Below are positions 38,265 to 47,846 of a stretch of 64,000 nt of DNA, one piece after another. Both the position numbers and the translations under genes were made by a program. The stretch is taken from contig SHZU01000001.1 in assembly GCA_009692115.1 (NCBI GenBank), forward strand, positions 421,598 through 485,597, written 5' to 3'. A model generated the notes under the pieces. It searched no databases. It saw only the letters and a program-made list of their open reading frames with translations, and had not been told where the DNA came from. How positions within the stretch are numbered: position 1 is the first letter of the stretch; each line of letters opens with the position of its first letter. The DNA is from Gemmatimonadota bacterium. GTDB lineage: Bacteria; Gemmatimonadota; Gemmatimonadetes; Gemmatimonadales; GWC2-71-9.

Positions 38265-38744
38265 CTACCGATTGAGCCACCAAAAACCCCCGTTCAGGAC
38301 GGTCGCGAACGCCACCCAGGCGAGATAGGGCGCCAACAACAATGCGGCCCCTCGTGACACCGCCGCGAACCGGCGCATGGTCACTCCGATCAGCACCAGC
38401 AGAACGACGATGTCGAACAGTGCGAGGAGCGGCTGCCTCAGGCCGAAGAACAGCCACGACCAGGCGAGATTGAGGCCCAGCTGAACCCCGAAGACCATCA
38501 AGGTGCTCCGCACCTCGGGCCGCGAAAACCCCTGTCGCCAAACGAGCCAGCTGGCCACTCCCATCATCAGGTAGAGCGTGGTCCACACCGGGCCGAACAC
38601 CCAGGAGGGCGGCGCGAAGGACGGCCGCACCAAGGCGGGATACCAGGTGCGGACGGAGTCCATCGTGGCGAACGATCCCAATCCGCCCCCCACCAGCGGC
38701 AGCAGCACGGCCAGGATCAAGACCACGATGCCGCGCAGCTTCAC
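38265..38744 (-). CDS. tspO: TspO/MBR tryptophan-rich sensory protein
   Basis: WYPALVRPSFAPPSWVFGPVWTTLYLMMGVASWLVW...NLAWSWLFFG...APYLAWVAFATVLN. GTG 38744 overlaps the upstream stop (GTGA). Confidence 0.85.
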   Translation of the reverse strand: MKLRGIVVLILAVLLPLVGGGLGSFATMDSVRTWYPALVRPSFAPPSWVFGPVWTTLYLMMGVASWLVWRQGFSRPEVRSTLMVFGVQLGLNLAWSWLFFGLRQPLLALFDIVVLLVLIGVTMRRFAAVSRGAALLLAPYLAWVAFATVLNGGFWWLNR

Positions 38745-39148
38745 GCCCAGGCCCTCGCGCCCAGCACCACCGCGGCGCTGACCGTCGCCGACAGGACGGC
38801 CCCCCATGCCAAGTCCACCACGGCAACCGTGACCGGGAAGTCCCGCAGCAGCGCCAGGGCGGTCAGGTCGAACGCGGCGTAGGCGGCGAGACCAAAGAAC
38901 GCGCCATAGGCGACGGCGCGACCCACGGATTGCCGCTCCACCGCCGGCGCCGCCACGAACACGACCAGCGCCGCGACGAAGATGAGGTAGAAGAGCACCG
39001 CGGGAAGCCATTGAACGTTCGGGCGCATGAGGTGGCCGATCTGGTGCTGATAGAAGTTCTTGGCCACCAGGCCGATCCACAGCAGATCGAGGGCGAAGAA
39101 CGTCACCACCCCAACCCCGTACATTTTGAGGAAGCTCGAGACCGTCAC
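38741..39148 (-). CDS. DUF2177-like small membrane protein
   Basis: 135 aa, 4 TM. FALDLLWIGLVAKNFYQHQIG resembles the DUF2177 N-terminus. Translationally coupled to tspO. Confidence 0.55.
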   Translation of the reverse strand: MTVSSFLKMYGVGVVTFFALDLLWIGLVAKNFYQHQIGHLMRPNVQWLPAVLFYLIFVAALVVFVAAPAVERQSVGRAVAYGAFFGLAAYAAFDLTALALLRDFPVTVAVVDLAWGAVLSATVSAAVVLGARAWA

Positions 39149-39201
39149 GTCAACACCGTCTGGCCCCTCGGGGCCGGTTGAGATGGGAAACCGCGTGACA
39201 C

Positions 39202-39232
39202 ATCAGTAGCGTTTCGCCGGGGCTTGGTCGGT
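39202..39232. repeat. 31-bp direct repeat, copy B (covers the last 9 codons plus the stop of the amidohydrolase gene)
   Basis: Identical to 38161..38191. On the minus strand it encodes ...TDQAPAKRY*. Confidence 0.9.
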
Positions 39233-40594
39233 CCGGCTCCGCTTCGGCATCAGGGCCGTCCCGCCCTGCACCACAATCTCCCCGTCCCGAATGACCCATT
39301 CGACCCGAGTCAGATCGTCGAGGTTGGTGTCGGGGTTCCCCCGAACCACCAGGACATCGGCCAGCTTCCCCACTTCCACGGTCCCGAGCTTGTCGTCCAT
39401 GTCGAGCAGCATCGCATTGGTCTTGGTGGCAATGCCAAGCACCTCGGGAATCGAGAAGCCGACCGAGACGAGGTTCTTGAGTTCGATCAGGTACGGCGCG
39501 GGCAGCCGCCGGTACCAGTCAGTCACCAGGTCCGTCCCGACGCCTAACGTGATCCCGGCCTTCTTGAGTCGGCGAAGCACGCCGAGATTCGCGTCTTTGC
39601 CGAAGGTGAACCGGCGCGACGTCGACCCGAAGTAACCGCCGTCGTCATCGAAGATGTACATGTAGGGCACGAGCGTCGGATCGGAGGCGACGCCCTTGGC
39701 GGCCATTTTCTGGATCACTTCGTCCGTGCGCGGGAGCGGGTGCTCGATCATGTCGACCCCGGCGTCGACCGCCCAGTCGATGTAGAACGTCTCGCAATCG
39801 CAGGTGATCTTGAGGCCGAGCGCGTGGGCTTCCTCCACCGCGGCCTTGATTTCGTCGCGGCTGAAGTGACTGGTCACCTTGATGAAGTCCGCGCCTTTGT
39901 CGAATTGTTCGCGGACCGCCTTCCGCCAATCGTCCGCGCCGCTCGCAATCCGGAAATTCCCGTGGTCCGGGGTCGACCCCAACCCCTCGGCGCTATGGCC
40001 GCCCGGCCCGGTGATCAGCCGTCCGGCGGCAAAGATCCGCGGTCCGGTCAGCCGATGGTCGGACACCCAGGCCCGGAGGCGGAAGATGCCGTCGAGCGAC
40101 CCGACGTCGCGGGTCGTGGTAATCCCGCTCTCGATATAGAACCGCATCCGCTCCATCCCGCGGAGCATCCCGTCGGCCATGTCATCCACCAGCGGAGGCG
40201 GGATCGTCGCGATCTGGCCGTCGGTCAGGTGGGTGTGGAGATCGATCAGTCCGGGCATCACCGTCATGCCCTTGACGTCGATGATCCGGGCGCCGGCCGG
40301 CCAGTTGGTGACACCCGGCGCCGAGACCCGGGTGATTTTGTTCCGCTCGATCACCACGTTCATCTCGCGGGCGGGCGCGCCGGTGCCGTCGAAGACCCGC
40401 CCGCCGGTCAAGACGATCGAGCCGTCGGGGCCCCGCGGCGCATTCCCGACCAGCACCCGTCTCGGGTCGTCGGTGGTTTGGCTGGTGGGGGCCAGAAAAC
40501 GGCGTCGATCGGCGGCTCGGTCCTGGGCCACCAACGGCAGCGCCGCCAGCACCAGAAGGCCGGCGACCGCTGACAATCGGGCGAAGAACAGCAT
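39203..40594 (-). CDS. Amidohydrolase family protein, secreted (paralogue of 12625..14031)
   Basis: Signal peptide MLFFARLSAVAGLLVLAALPLVAQ. Motifs PGLIDLHTHLTD, GADFIKVTSHF, GITLGVGTDL, GTVEVGKLADVLVVRGNP. Confidence 0.8.
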   Translation of the reverse strand: MLFFARLSAVAGLLVLAALPLVAQDRAADRRRFLAPTSQTTDDPRRVLVGNAPRGPDGSIVLTGGRVFDGTGAPAREMNVVIERNKITRVSAPGVTNWPAGARIIDVKGMTVMPGLIDLHTHLTDGQIATIPPPLVDDMADGMLRGMERMRFYIESGITTTRDVGSLDGIFRLRAWVSDHRLTGPRIFAAGRLITGPGGHSAEGLGSTPDHGNFRIASGADDWRKAVREQFDKGADFIKVTSHFSRDEIKAAVEEAHALGLKITCDCETFYIDWAVDAGVDMIEHPLPRTDEVIQKMAAKGVASDPTLVPYMYIFDDDGGYFGSTSRRFTFGKDANLGVLRRLKKAGITLGVGTDLVTDWYRRLPAPYLIELKNLVSVGFSIPEVLGIATKTNAMLLDMDDKLGTVEVGKLADVLVVRGNPDTNLDDLTRVEWVIRDGEIVVQGGTALMPKRSRTDQAPAKRY

Positions 40595-40711
40595 GGATTC
40601 CTCAGATTCGGTATCGGCCTATTCTACACCCGCGGTGCAGTAACGGCGAGCGGAATCCCGCGCTATGTTTCAAAGGATTCGTCAGACCACCCTTCGCCGG
40701 AGCACCCCCCG

Positions 40712-42364
40712 ATGACCAAAACCCGCCGGTCCACCAGGCTCTGGGCGGCATTGTCGGTGACCGCGCTGCCCCTGGCAGCGCAGACCCCGGCGGCCGTGCT
40801 CGACAGCACCTTCGCCCAGTGGGGCAGTACTCACGGGCCGGGTTGCACGGTCGGCGTCGACTTCGCCGGCACCCGGACCACCCGGGCGTACGGCATGGCC
40901 AACCTTGAATCCGGGGTTCCGCTCCGCCCCGGCTCAGTCCTCGAGTCCGGCTCGGTGGCCAAACAGTTCACCTCGGCGGCCGTGGCCTTGCTGGCGCTCC
41001 GGGGCCGCCTCTCGCTCGATGACGACATCCGCCGTCAGCTGCCCGAGGTGCCCAACTTCGGCACGCCGATTACGATCCGCAACTTGCTGCAACACACCAG
41101 CGGGCTCCGCGACCAGTGGGCCCTGCTGTCCATCCAGGGGTTTCCGCCCGGAACCGAAGTGCACACGCTGGCCCGGATCCTCGACCTCGTGCAGCACCAG
41201 CAGCGGCTCAATTTCTCCCCGGGCAGCGAATACCTCTACAGCAACACCGGCTACGCGCTCGCGGCGATCATCGTCCAACGGGTATCGGGCAAATCCCTCG
41301 CCGACTTCTCGCGCGACGAGTTGTTCACGCCCCTCGGCATGACCCGAACCGAGTGGCGGGCCGACTATCGGAAGGTGGTGGCCGACCGAGCCACGGCGTA
41401 CGCCCCCACCGGCGGCGGGTGGCTCCAGGACATGCCGTTTACCAATGTCCACGGTAACGGCGGCCTCCTCACCACCGTGGACGACCTGCTCCGATGGAAC
41501 GAGGCGCTTACCAAAGGCACCATCCCCGGCGGCGCGGCGCTGGTGGCCCTGCTCGAAACCCCGGGCAAGCTCACCGACGGTTCGCCGATCGGCTACGGGC
41601 TCGGGCTCAGCATCGGAACCTTCCACGGCCTTCGGGCCGTCAACCACGGCGGCGCCACGGCGGGGTACCGGACGTTTCTCGCGCGCTGGCCGACCCGCGA
41701 CCTCTCCGTCGCGGTGTTGTGCAATGCCGCAAGTGCCGATGCCGGCGGAGCCGCCAGCCGGATCGCGATCCGGCTCCTCGGACTCCCCGCCGTCGAGGCG
41801 CCACCGGGCCCGGCGGTGGCGATCGAGGCCGCCGAACTGCCGGCCATGGCCGGCGTCTACCGAGACTCGACCTCCGACCAAACCGTCACCTTCCGGGTTG
41901 CCGACGGCGGGCTGACCGCGAGCAACGGCGGCCCCCAGGCGTCGCTGGTCCATCTGGGCAACGGGCGGTTCTGGCATGCGGCGGCCGGCGAATTCCGGTT
42001 CGAGCGCCAGGGGGATCGATGGGAAGTGGTCCAGTACGCTGATGCGTGGCGGCGCTTCCGCTTGGAGCCGGCCGGAGGGGCCGCCGCCCCGCTCACCGAT
42101 TACGCCGGGGAATATCGGAGCCCGGAATTGGAAGTGACCTACCGGATCGAGGCAGAGGGCCGGTCCCTCCTGCTCCGGTCTCGCCCGGACGATCGAGAGT
42201 CCTTTCAGCCGGCCTACCGCGACGGCTTTCGGAATGGCGGGCAAACCCTGCGCTTCATGCGTGACCAGAAAGGCCGGGTCACCGGCTTTCGGATGTTTGC
42301 GGGCCGAGCCCGCGATGTCCGGTTCGAACGTGCTCCGATCACTGCCACCAGAGACCCGAGGTAG
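40712..42364 (+). CDS. Serine hydrolase, beta-lactamase family, secreted
   Basis: Signal peptide ...LWAALSVTALPLAAQ. SVAKQFTSAAV (SxxK), YSNTGY, HGGATAGY. Confidence 0.85.
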   Translation: MTKTRRSTRLWAALSVTALPLAAQTPAAVLDSTFAQWGSTHGPGCTVGVDFAGTRTTRAYGMANLESGVPLRPGSVLESGSVAKQFTSAAVALLALRGRLSLDDDIRRQLPEVPNFGTPITIRNLLQHTSGLRDQWALLSIQGFPPGTEVHTLARILDLVQHQQRLNFSPGSEYLYSNTGYALAAIIVQRVSGKSLADFSRDELFTPLGMTRTEWRADYRKVVADRATAYAPTGGGWLQDMPFTNVHGNGGLLTTVDDLLRWNEALTKGTIPGGAALVALLETPGKLTDGSPIGYGLGLSIGTFHGLRAVNHGGATAGYRTFLARWPTRDLSVAVLCNAASADAGGAASRIAIRLLGLPAVEAPPGPAVAIEAAELPAMAGVYRDSTSDQTVTFRVADGGLTASNGGPQASLVHLGNGRFWHAAAGEFRFERQGDRWEVVQYADAWRRFRLEPAGGAAAPLTDYAGEYRSPELEVTYRIEAEGRSLLLRSRPDDRESFQPAYRDGFRNGGQTLRFMRDQKGRVTGFRMFAGRARDVRFERAPITATRDPR

Positions 42365-42367
42365 TCC

Positions 42368-43188
42368 ATGTCACCGAAATCCGATATCGGGAGCGTCCTG
42401 CTGTGCACGGCCCTCGCCGTGCTTTTCCCCGGTTTGGCCGGGGTCGCGTCGGCCCAGAACCTCGTTCGGTCCAGATTACCACCGAGCGGCTGGCACCCGG
42501 GATGTATGTCCTCTTCGGCGAGGGGGGCAACATCGGCCTCGCGGTGGGGCCCGATGCCGTGTTCGTGGTCGACGATCAATTCGCGCCGCTCACCCCGAAG
42601 ATCCTCGCGGCCATCGCCACGATTACCGACAAACCGGTCCGCTTCCTCGTCAACACCCACTGGCACTTCGATCATTCCGGCGGCAACGAGAACATGGCGA
42701 AGGCCGGCGCGCTCCCGGTCGTGACCTTCAATGACGTCCTGACCTTCCATCTCAACGGCGGGGAGATCACCGCGATCCACCTGGCGGCGGCCCACACCGA
42801 CGGTGATGCCGCGATCTACTTTCGAGGCCCCAATGTCGTGCACATGGGCGACGTCTATGTTCGGTACGGGTTCCCATTCATCGGCCTGTCGAGCGGGGGG
42901 TCCCTCAGCGGGATGATCACAGCCGTCGACATGATGTTCGGGATCATCAACGACAGCACCAAGATCATCCCGGGCCACGGCAAAGTCGCCAATCGGGCCA
43001 ACCTCCGCGCCTACCGCGACGTGCTCGCGACGATCCACGAACGGGTCCGGAAGCAGGCCGCGGCCGGAGCCAGTCTCGACCGGATCATCGCATCAAAGCC
43101 GACCCGGGAGTTCGACGCCACCTGGGCTGGGTTCATCAAAGCGGATGATTTCGTTCGGTTTGCGTATGCGGGCGTGCCGCACCGCTGA
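42368..43188 (+). pseudogene. MBL-fold metallo-hydrolase with its signal peptide in a different frame from the catalytic body
   Basis: ATG 42368 has GAGG 7-10 nt upstream and encodes MSPKSDIGSVLLCTALAVLFPGLAGVASAQNLVR. The body (ORF 42403..43188) carries VQITTERLAPGMYVL...NTHWHFDHSGGN (HxHxDH) in the -1 frame. The junction is near 42462-42470 (ctcgttcggtccag). Confidence 0.65.
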
Positions 43189-43928
43189 TCACCGGGGCCA
43201 GCAGTGGCATCGGATTCGCCACCGCCAAGGCGTTTTCGGCCAAGGGCGTGAGCGTGGTCCTCGGCGCCCGCCGCGAGGAGGAGTTGGCCGCGCTCGCCGC
43301 CGAGATCAAGGCAAGCGGGGGGCAGGCTGCCTACCTCAAGACGGACGTCTCCATCGCGAGCGACGTGGAACGGTTGGTTGATCACGCGGTTCAGACCTTC
43401 GGGCGCCTCGATTTCGGCATCAACAACGCCGGCATCGAGGGCGCCTTCGCCCCGATCGTCGATTTCGACGAAGCCGCGTGGGATCAGGTCATGGGCATCA
43501 ACCTGAAGGGCACCTTCCTCGGCGTGAAGTACGAGGCGAGGGCCATCCTGAAAAGCGGGCGGGGCGGCGCCATCGTCAACGTCGGCTCGGTCAACTCATT
43601 CCTCGGGTTTGGAGGCGGAACCGGCTACGCGACGTCGAAGCACGGCCAGGTCGGACTCACCACGAGCGCATCCGCCGAACTCGCGCCCCAAGGAATCCGG
43701 GTCAACCTCGTCTGTCCTGGGCTGATCGATACGCCAATGCATCACCGGATCCGGGGAGTGGCCAGCGATGAGCTAGTTGACACCATGATTCAGGGGCGGG
43801 TTCATCTGAAGCGGGTCGGCCGACCAGAGGAGATTGCCGCCTCGATCGTCTTCCTCTGCTCCGACGACGCGAGCTATATCACCGGCACCACCCTGACGCC
43901 CGACGGCGGCTTCACCATGACGCTCTAG
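43185..43928 (+). CDS. SDR family oxidoreductase without a canonical start codon ahead of its Rossmann motif
   Basis: LITGASSGIGFATAKAF begins at CTG 43185, inside the MBL stop codon. The frame has a stop at 43146-43148 and no ATG/GTG/TTG until GTG 43248, which would delete TGxxxGIG. NNAG and YATSKHGQVGL (YxxxK) are present. Confidence 0.55.
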   Translation: MITGASSGIGFATAKAFSAKGVSVVLGARREEELAALAAEIKASGGQAAYLKTDVSIASDVERLVDHAVQTFGRLDFGINNAGIEGAFAPIVDFDEAAWDQVMGINLKGTFLGVKYEARAILKSGRGGAIVNVGSVNSFLGFGGGTGYATSKHGQVGLTTSASAELAPQGIRVNLVCPGLIDTPMHHRIRGVASDELVDTMIQGRVHLKRVGRPEEIAASIVFLCSDDASYITGTTLTPDGGFTMTL

Positions 43929-44399
43929 AGCGAGGTGTGCTCGGCCCAGACCTCGTTCATATAGGCCGACACGTCGATGGTCAATCCCTCCACGGCGCCC
44001 ACGGGGTGCCAGCGAAGCCGGGCGTCCAGGTCGACCACCCAATAGGCAAGGACACCGGAGCGCTGATACCGGCGCCGTTTGGTGATTCGGTCAAACCGGG
44101 CGGTGGACGGCGAAACCACTTCGGCAATCAGAATCGGGGGCACGACGAACAGATCAGGCTGAACCAACTGGCCGGCCCGAAGATCGAGGTCCGCCGGGGA
44201 TAGAATGACGGTGCCAAGACTGTGGCCGGACGTACGGGTCGAGTAAGAAGAGGAGGCGTTTCACCCCGGTTTGGTGAACCCAGCGCGGAGCCGGGCTCAC
44301 CAGCAACTCCCCGTCAACCAGTTCGTACCGGTTGCCGTCGTCGGGAAGCGCGAGAACCTGCTCGCGGGTCCATGTCTTGGCGAGATTCGGCATGCCCAT
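43925..44399 (-). pseudogene. Uma2-family (DUF820) endonuclease gene, frameshifted
   Basis: The N-terminal half MGMPNLAKTWTREQVLALPDDGNRYELVDGELLVSPAP... lies in one frame (ORF 44154..44495). The C-terminal half ...SLGTVILSPADLDLRAGQLVQPDLFVVPP...AEVVSPST lies in the +1 frame (ORF 43925..44167). The junction is near 44215-44225. Confidence 0.6.
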
Positions 44400-44532
44400 A
44401 CGGTACGCTCGGCGGTCGGGGTGAGGCAAGTGGAGCCCATGGCACCAACCTGGCACCAGCCATGGCCGCACCGGTAACCCACTCGCCGCCGGCATTACCG
44501 AATCAGCGCAATCCAGTGGGGTGCTCCGCGGC

Positions 44533-45978
44533 CTATCGGATCCCGACCTGCCCCTTCACCGCCGCAATCAACTTGGCCGAGTCGTAGCCGACTCCGTCCT
44601 TGAAAACCGTAACCGTGCGGTAGATCGCGGCCGGGTTCGCCGCCAAGTCACCCTGCATGACTACGAGGTCGGCCAGTTTGCCGGCTTCGACGGTTCCGAG
44701 TTCGGCCAGCAGGCCGAGGACCTTGGCGCCATTCCCGGTCATGATCTGCACGGCCTCCGGCACGGTGAAACCCGCCCCGATCAAGAGCTCGAGATTCCGC
44801 TGGTTGCCGAATCCGGCGATCGCCCCGAACGCGGGATCGACGCCCGCCGCGAGCACCCCGCCCGCCCGGACGAACGCCAGCTCGTACTGCTGCGATTTCG
44901 GATAGATCTCCCGCATCTTCGGATAGATCTCGCCGATCGGATTCGGCAAGTCGAGCTGGCGGCGGCGCGCCTGCTCCAGCTCGGCGATCCACGGCGCCAT
45001 GGCCTCGAGGGTCCGGGCGTCCGGCCCCGGCCGGTTCGGCACCAGTTGCTCATTGACCGCCGTGGTCGTCATCGGCACGCCCCGGGCAATCATCCGCCGG
45101 AACGTTTCGGCAATCCGCGGGTCTTTCATGTCGAGCCGGCCCAGGGTCTCGAAGTGGGTCGCCGGGCAGCGACCGGGCTGCTTGCTCGGATCGTAATCCG
45201 AGTTGGTCCGAAGGCCATGCTCGATGTTGTCGATGCCCAGCTCAACCGCTTCGGTGAAGCTGATCGAGCAGAGATGGCCGGTGACCTTCATTCGGTTGCG
45301 GTGGGCCTCATCGACCACCGCGCGGAAGATCTCCGGCGAAATCTGGGTGTACACCTTGATCCATTCGGCCCCCTCTTCGGCCCAGGTCTTCACCACCCGG
45401 CGAGCCGCCGCTTCATCCGCGAGCGCGTGCATGCCGAGCAGGTCGAGGCGGGGGTCCATGGCGCTGGAAATAAGATACGGCCCGGTCACGTGCATCCGGG
45501 GCCCCGGCACCTCGCCCCGGTCGATCCCGCCCTTCAAATTGAGCTCGGCGTACGGCGAGAAGCTGCCCGTCGTTCGAACCGTGGTGACGCCGCTCGCCAA
45601 ATAGAGCCGGGGAAACGAAAAGTTCGACTGAATCTCGCTGCCACCGGGCGTGGTGTAGAACATGTGGTCGTGCATCCCGATCAGCCCGGGAATGACGGTG
45701 TGGCCGGGGAGGTCGAGCACTCGCGCTCCGGGGGGAACGGCCACCGAACCGACGGCGCCAACCGCCTGAATCCGGTTACCCGACATGACAATCGTCTGGC
45801 CGGGTTTCGGCGGCCGGCCGGTCCCGTCGATGATGGTGACGTTGGTGAGCGCCACGACCGGAGCGTCGACGGCAACGTACTGGCTAGCAACGGAGCCAAC
45901 CGCCGGACGCTGGGCACCAAGCGCGGCCGGACTCAGCAGGAACACCGCGACCCCAAAGAACAACGTTCGCATGGTCAT
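44533..45978 (-). CDS. Amidohydrolase family protein, secreted
   Basis: Signal peptide MTMRTLFFGVAVFLLSPAALGAQ. Motifs TIIDGTG, PGLIGMHDHMF, GTVEAGKLADLVVMQGD. Confidence 0.8.
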   Translation of the reverse strand: MTMRTLFFGVAVFLLSPAALGAQRPAVGSVASQYVAVDAPVVALTNVTIIDGTGRPPKPGQTIVMSGNRIQAVGAVGSVAVPPGARVLDLPGHTVIPGLIGMHDHMFYTTPGGSEIQSNFSFPRLYLASGVTTVRTTGSFSPYAELNLKGGIDRGEVPGPRMHVTGPYLISSAMDPRLDLLGMHALADEAAARRVVKTWAEEGAEWIKVYTQISPEIFRAVVDEAHRNRMKVTGHLCSISFTEAVELGIDNIEHGLRTNSDYDPSKQPGRCPATHFETLGRLDMKDPRIAETFRRMIARGVPMTTTAVNEQLVPNRPGPDARTLEAMAPWIAELEQARRRQLDLPNPIGEIYPKMREIYPKSQQYELAFVRAGGVLAAGVDPAFGAIAGFGNQRNLELLIGAGFTVPEAVQIMTGNGAKVLGLLAELGTVEAGKLADLVVMQGDLAANPAAIYRTVTVFKDGVGYDSAKLIAAVKGQVGIR

Positions 45979-46079
45979 TCGCCTCGCCAGTCAGAGTCAA
46001 TTTGGTTGGAGAACTCTACCAGCAATCGAACCGCGAGTCCACGGCTTGCGGTTCGTGGTCCGGACGACCACCGTTCACC

Positions 46080-47846
46080 ATGCCCCGCGCCGCCCTGATT
46101 TCCCTTCCGGTCTACCTCCTCCTCGTGGGTTCGATGCCGTCGGGCAGGGCTTCGGCCCAACCGAGCGGTCCGGACGACCCGGGACGCTATCGAATCCGGC
46201 GGGAATTCGCAGTGCGGGTCAGCACAGCGGACGGCGTCGCGCTCGTCACCGACGTCTATCGACCCGAGACCCCAAAGCGGGTCCCGGCGCTGCTGGTCCG
46301 AACCCCGTACATGCGAACCGGATTGTCGAGCTACCAGCAGGGCCACTACTGGGCCTCGCGCGGATACGCCTATGTCGTCCAGGACGTCCGGGGCCGAGGC
46401 GATTCCGAGGGCCGGTTCGAACCGCTGGTCAACGAGGGGCGGGACGGCTACCGGGCCCAGAGCTGGATCGCCCGCCAGCCCTGGTCCGACGGCCAAGTCG
46501 GCACTCTGGGCGGCTCGTACTCGGGATGGACCCAGGTGTTCCCGGCCATCCTCAACAATCCCGCCCTCAAAGCGATGATCCCGATGGTCACGCCCTCCGA
46601 TCCCGGGGGCTTCTGGCCGATGCGCCACGGCGGAATTTCCTTCGGGATGCTCGAATGGGCCATGGTCGTCGAAGGCCGGACCGTCCGAAGTTTCCCTGAT
46701 GACGAGTCCGAGCTCACGGACGCGTACCGAAGCCTGCCGTTGCAAACCATCGACGAGAAGATCGGCGCCCGGTCGGCAACCTGGCGGAGCTATCTCCGGA
46801 ACCTCGAGAATCCCGAGTTTTGGAAGCCGCGGAGCTACCAGCACCGATTGCCGGAGTCCCGAGTCCCGATGTTCCATGTCACCGGCTGGTACGACGGCAC
46901 TCTCGGCGGCAGCCTCGAGAACTTCGCCGCCATGCGGACCCGCGCCACTCCCAACACCCGCGAGAACCAGTACCTGATGGTCGGCCCCTGGCGCCATTGG
47001 GTCGATTCGGACGCCCGGGCCAGCACGATCGGGGGCATGGACTTTGGGCCTGGGGCGGTCGTCGACACCCGGCGGCTCTATCAACTCTGGTTCGATCGCT
47101 ATCTCAAGCACGAATCCAACGAAGTCGCCGGCTGGCCCCACGTTAGGCTCTTTGTCCTGGGCGAGAATCGCTGGATCGGTGGAGACGACTGGCCACTCCC
47201 CGGCACCCGATTCGTTCCGTACTACCTCCGAGGCGCCGGCTGGCTGGCCCCGGACCCCCTCCCCCCAGGCGAAGGGTCGAGCCGCTACGACTACGATCCC
47301 AAGGACCCGACCCCGTTCTTCTGGTCGAGGAACGTCGACTCGGGCGGTCCGGACGACTATCGCAGCGTCGAGAGCCGGTCCGACGTGCTCACCTACACGA
47401 TGGAATCACCGGCCGAGAAACTCACCGTGTGCGGGCCGATCACGGCGACGGTCGTTGCGAGTTCGTCGGCCAAGGATACCGACTGGGTCGCCCGGCTCAC
47501 CCTGGTCCGGGCTGACGGCTATTCCCAGCGCCTCACCGAGGGCTGGGTCCGAGCCCGGGCCCGCCGCGGCAACTTTCGGAACGATCCGTTGACGCCGGGC
47601 AAACCGGAGACCTACCAGATCGATATGTGGGGTACCTGCGTCGCGGTCCGTCCCGGCGAGCGGCTCCGACTCGCGATCATGTCGGGGGCGTATCCTCTGC
47701 TCACCCGGAACCTCAACACCGGCGGCGACCTCGGCCTCGAAACCGAACCCGTGGTCGCCCACCAGACCGTCTATCACGAAGTCGGCCGGCTCTCATTCGT
47801 GACCCTGCCGATCGTCGACCGGGCCCGGGGAATCGAGACCCCATGA
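46080..47846 (+). CDS. CocE/NonD family hydrolase, secreted
   Basis: ATG 46080 gives MPRAALISLPVYLLLVGSMPSGRASAQ. Motifs LVRTPYMR and GGSYSG, and a C-terminal domain with YPLLTRNLNTGG. Confidence 0.85.
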   Translation: MPRAALISLPVYLLLVGSMPSGRASAQPSGPDDPGRYRIRREFAVRVSTADGVALVTDVYRPETPKRVPALLVRTPYMRTGLSSYQQGHYWASRGYAYVVQDVRGRGDSEGRFEPLVNEGRDGYRAQSWIARQPWSDGQVGTLGGSYSGWTQVFPAILNNPALKAMIPMVTPSDPGGFWPMRHGGISFGMLEWAMVVEGRTVRSFPDDESELTDAYRSLPLQTIDEKIGARSATWRSYLRNLENPEFWKPRSYQHRLPESRVPMFHVTGWYDGTLGGSLENFAAMRTRATPNTRENQYLMVGPWRHWVDSDARASTIGGMDFGPGAVVDTRRLYQLWFDRYLKHESNEVAGWPHVRLFVLGENRWIGGDDWPLPGTRFVPYYLRGAGWLAPDPLPPGEGSSRYDYDPKDPTPFFWSRNVDSGGPDDYRSVESRSDVLTYTMESPAEKLTVCGPITATVVASSSAKDTDWVARLTLVRADGYSQRLTEGWVRARARRGNFRNDPLTPGKPETYQIDMWGTCVAVRPGERLRLAIMSGAYPLLTRNLNTGGDLGLETEPVVAHQTVYHEVGRLSFVTLPIVDRARGIETP

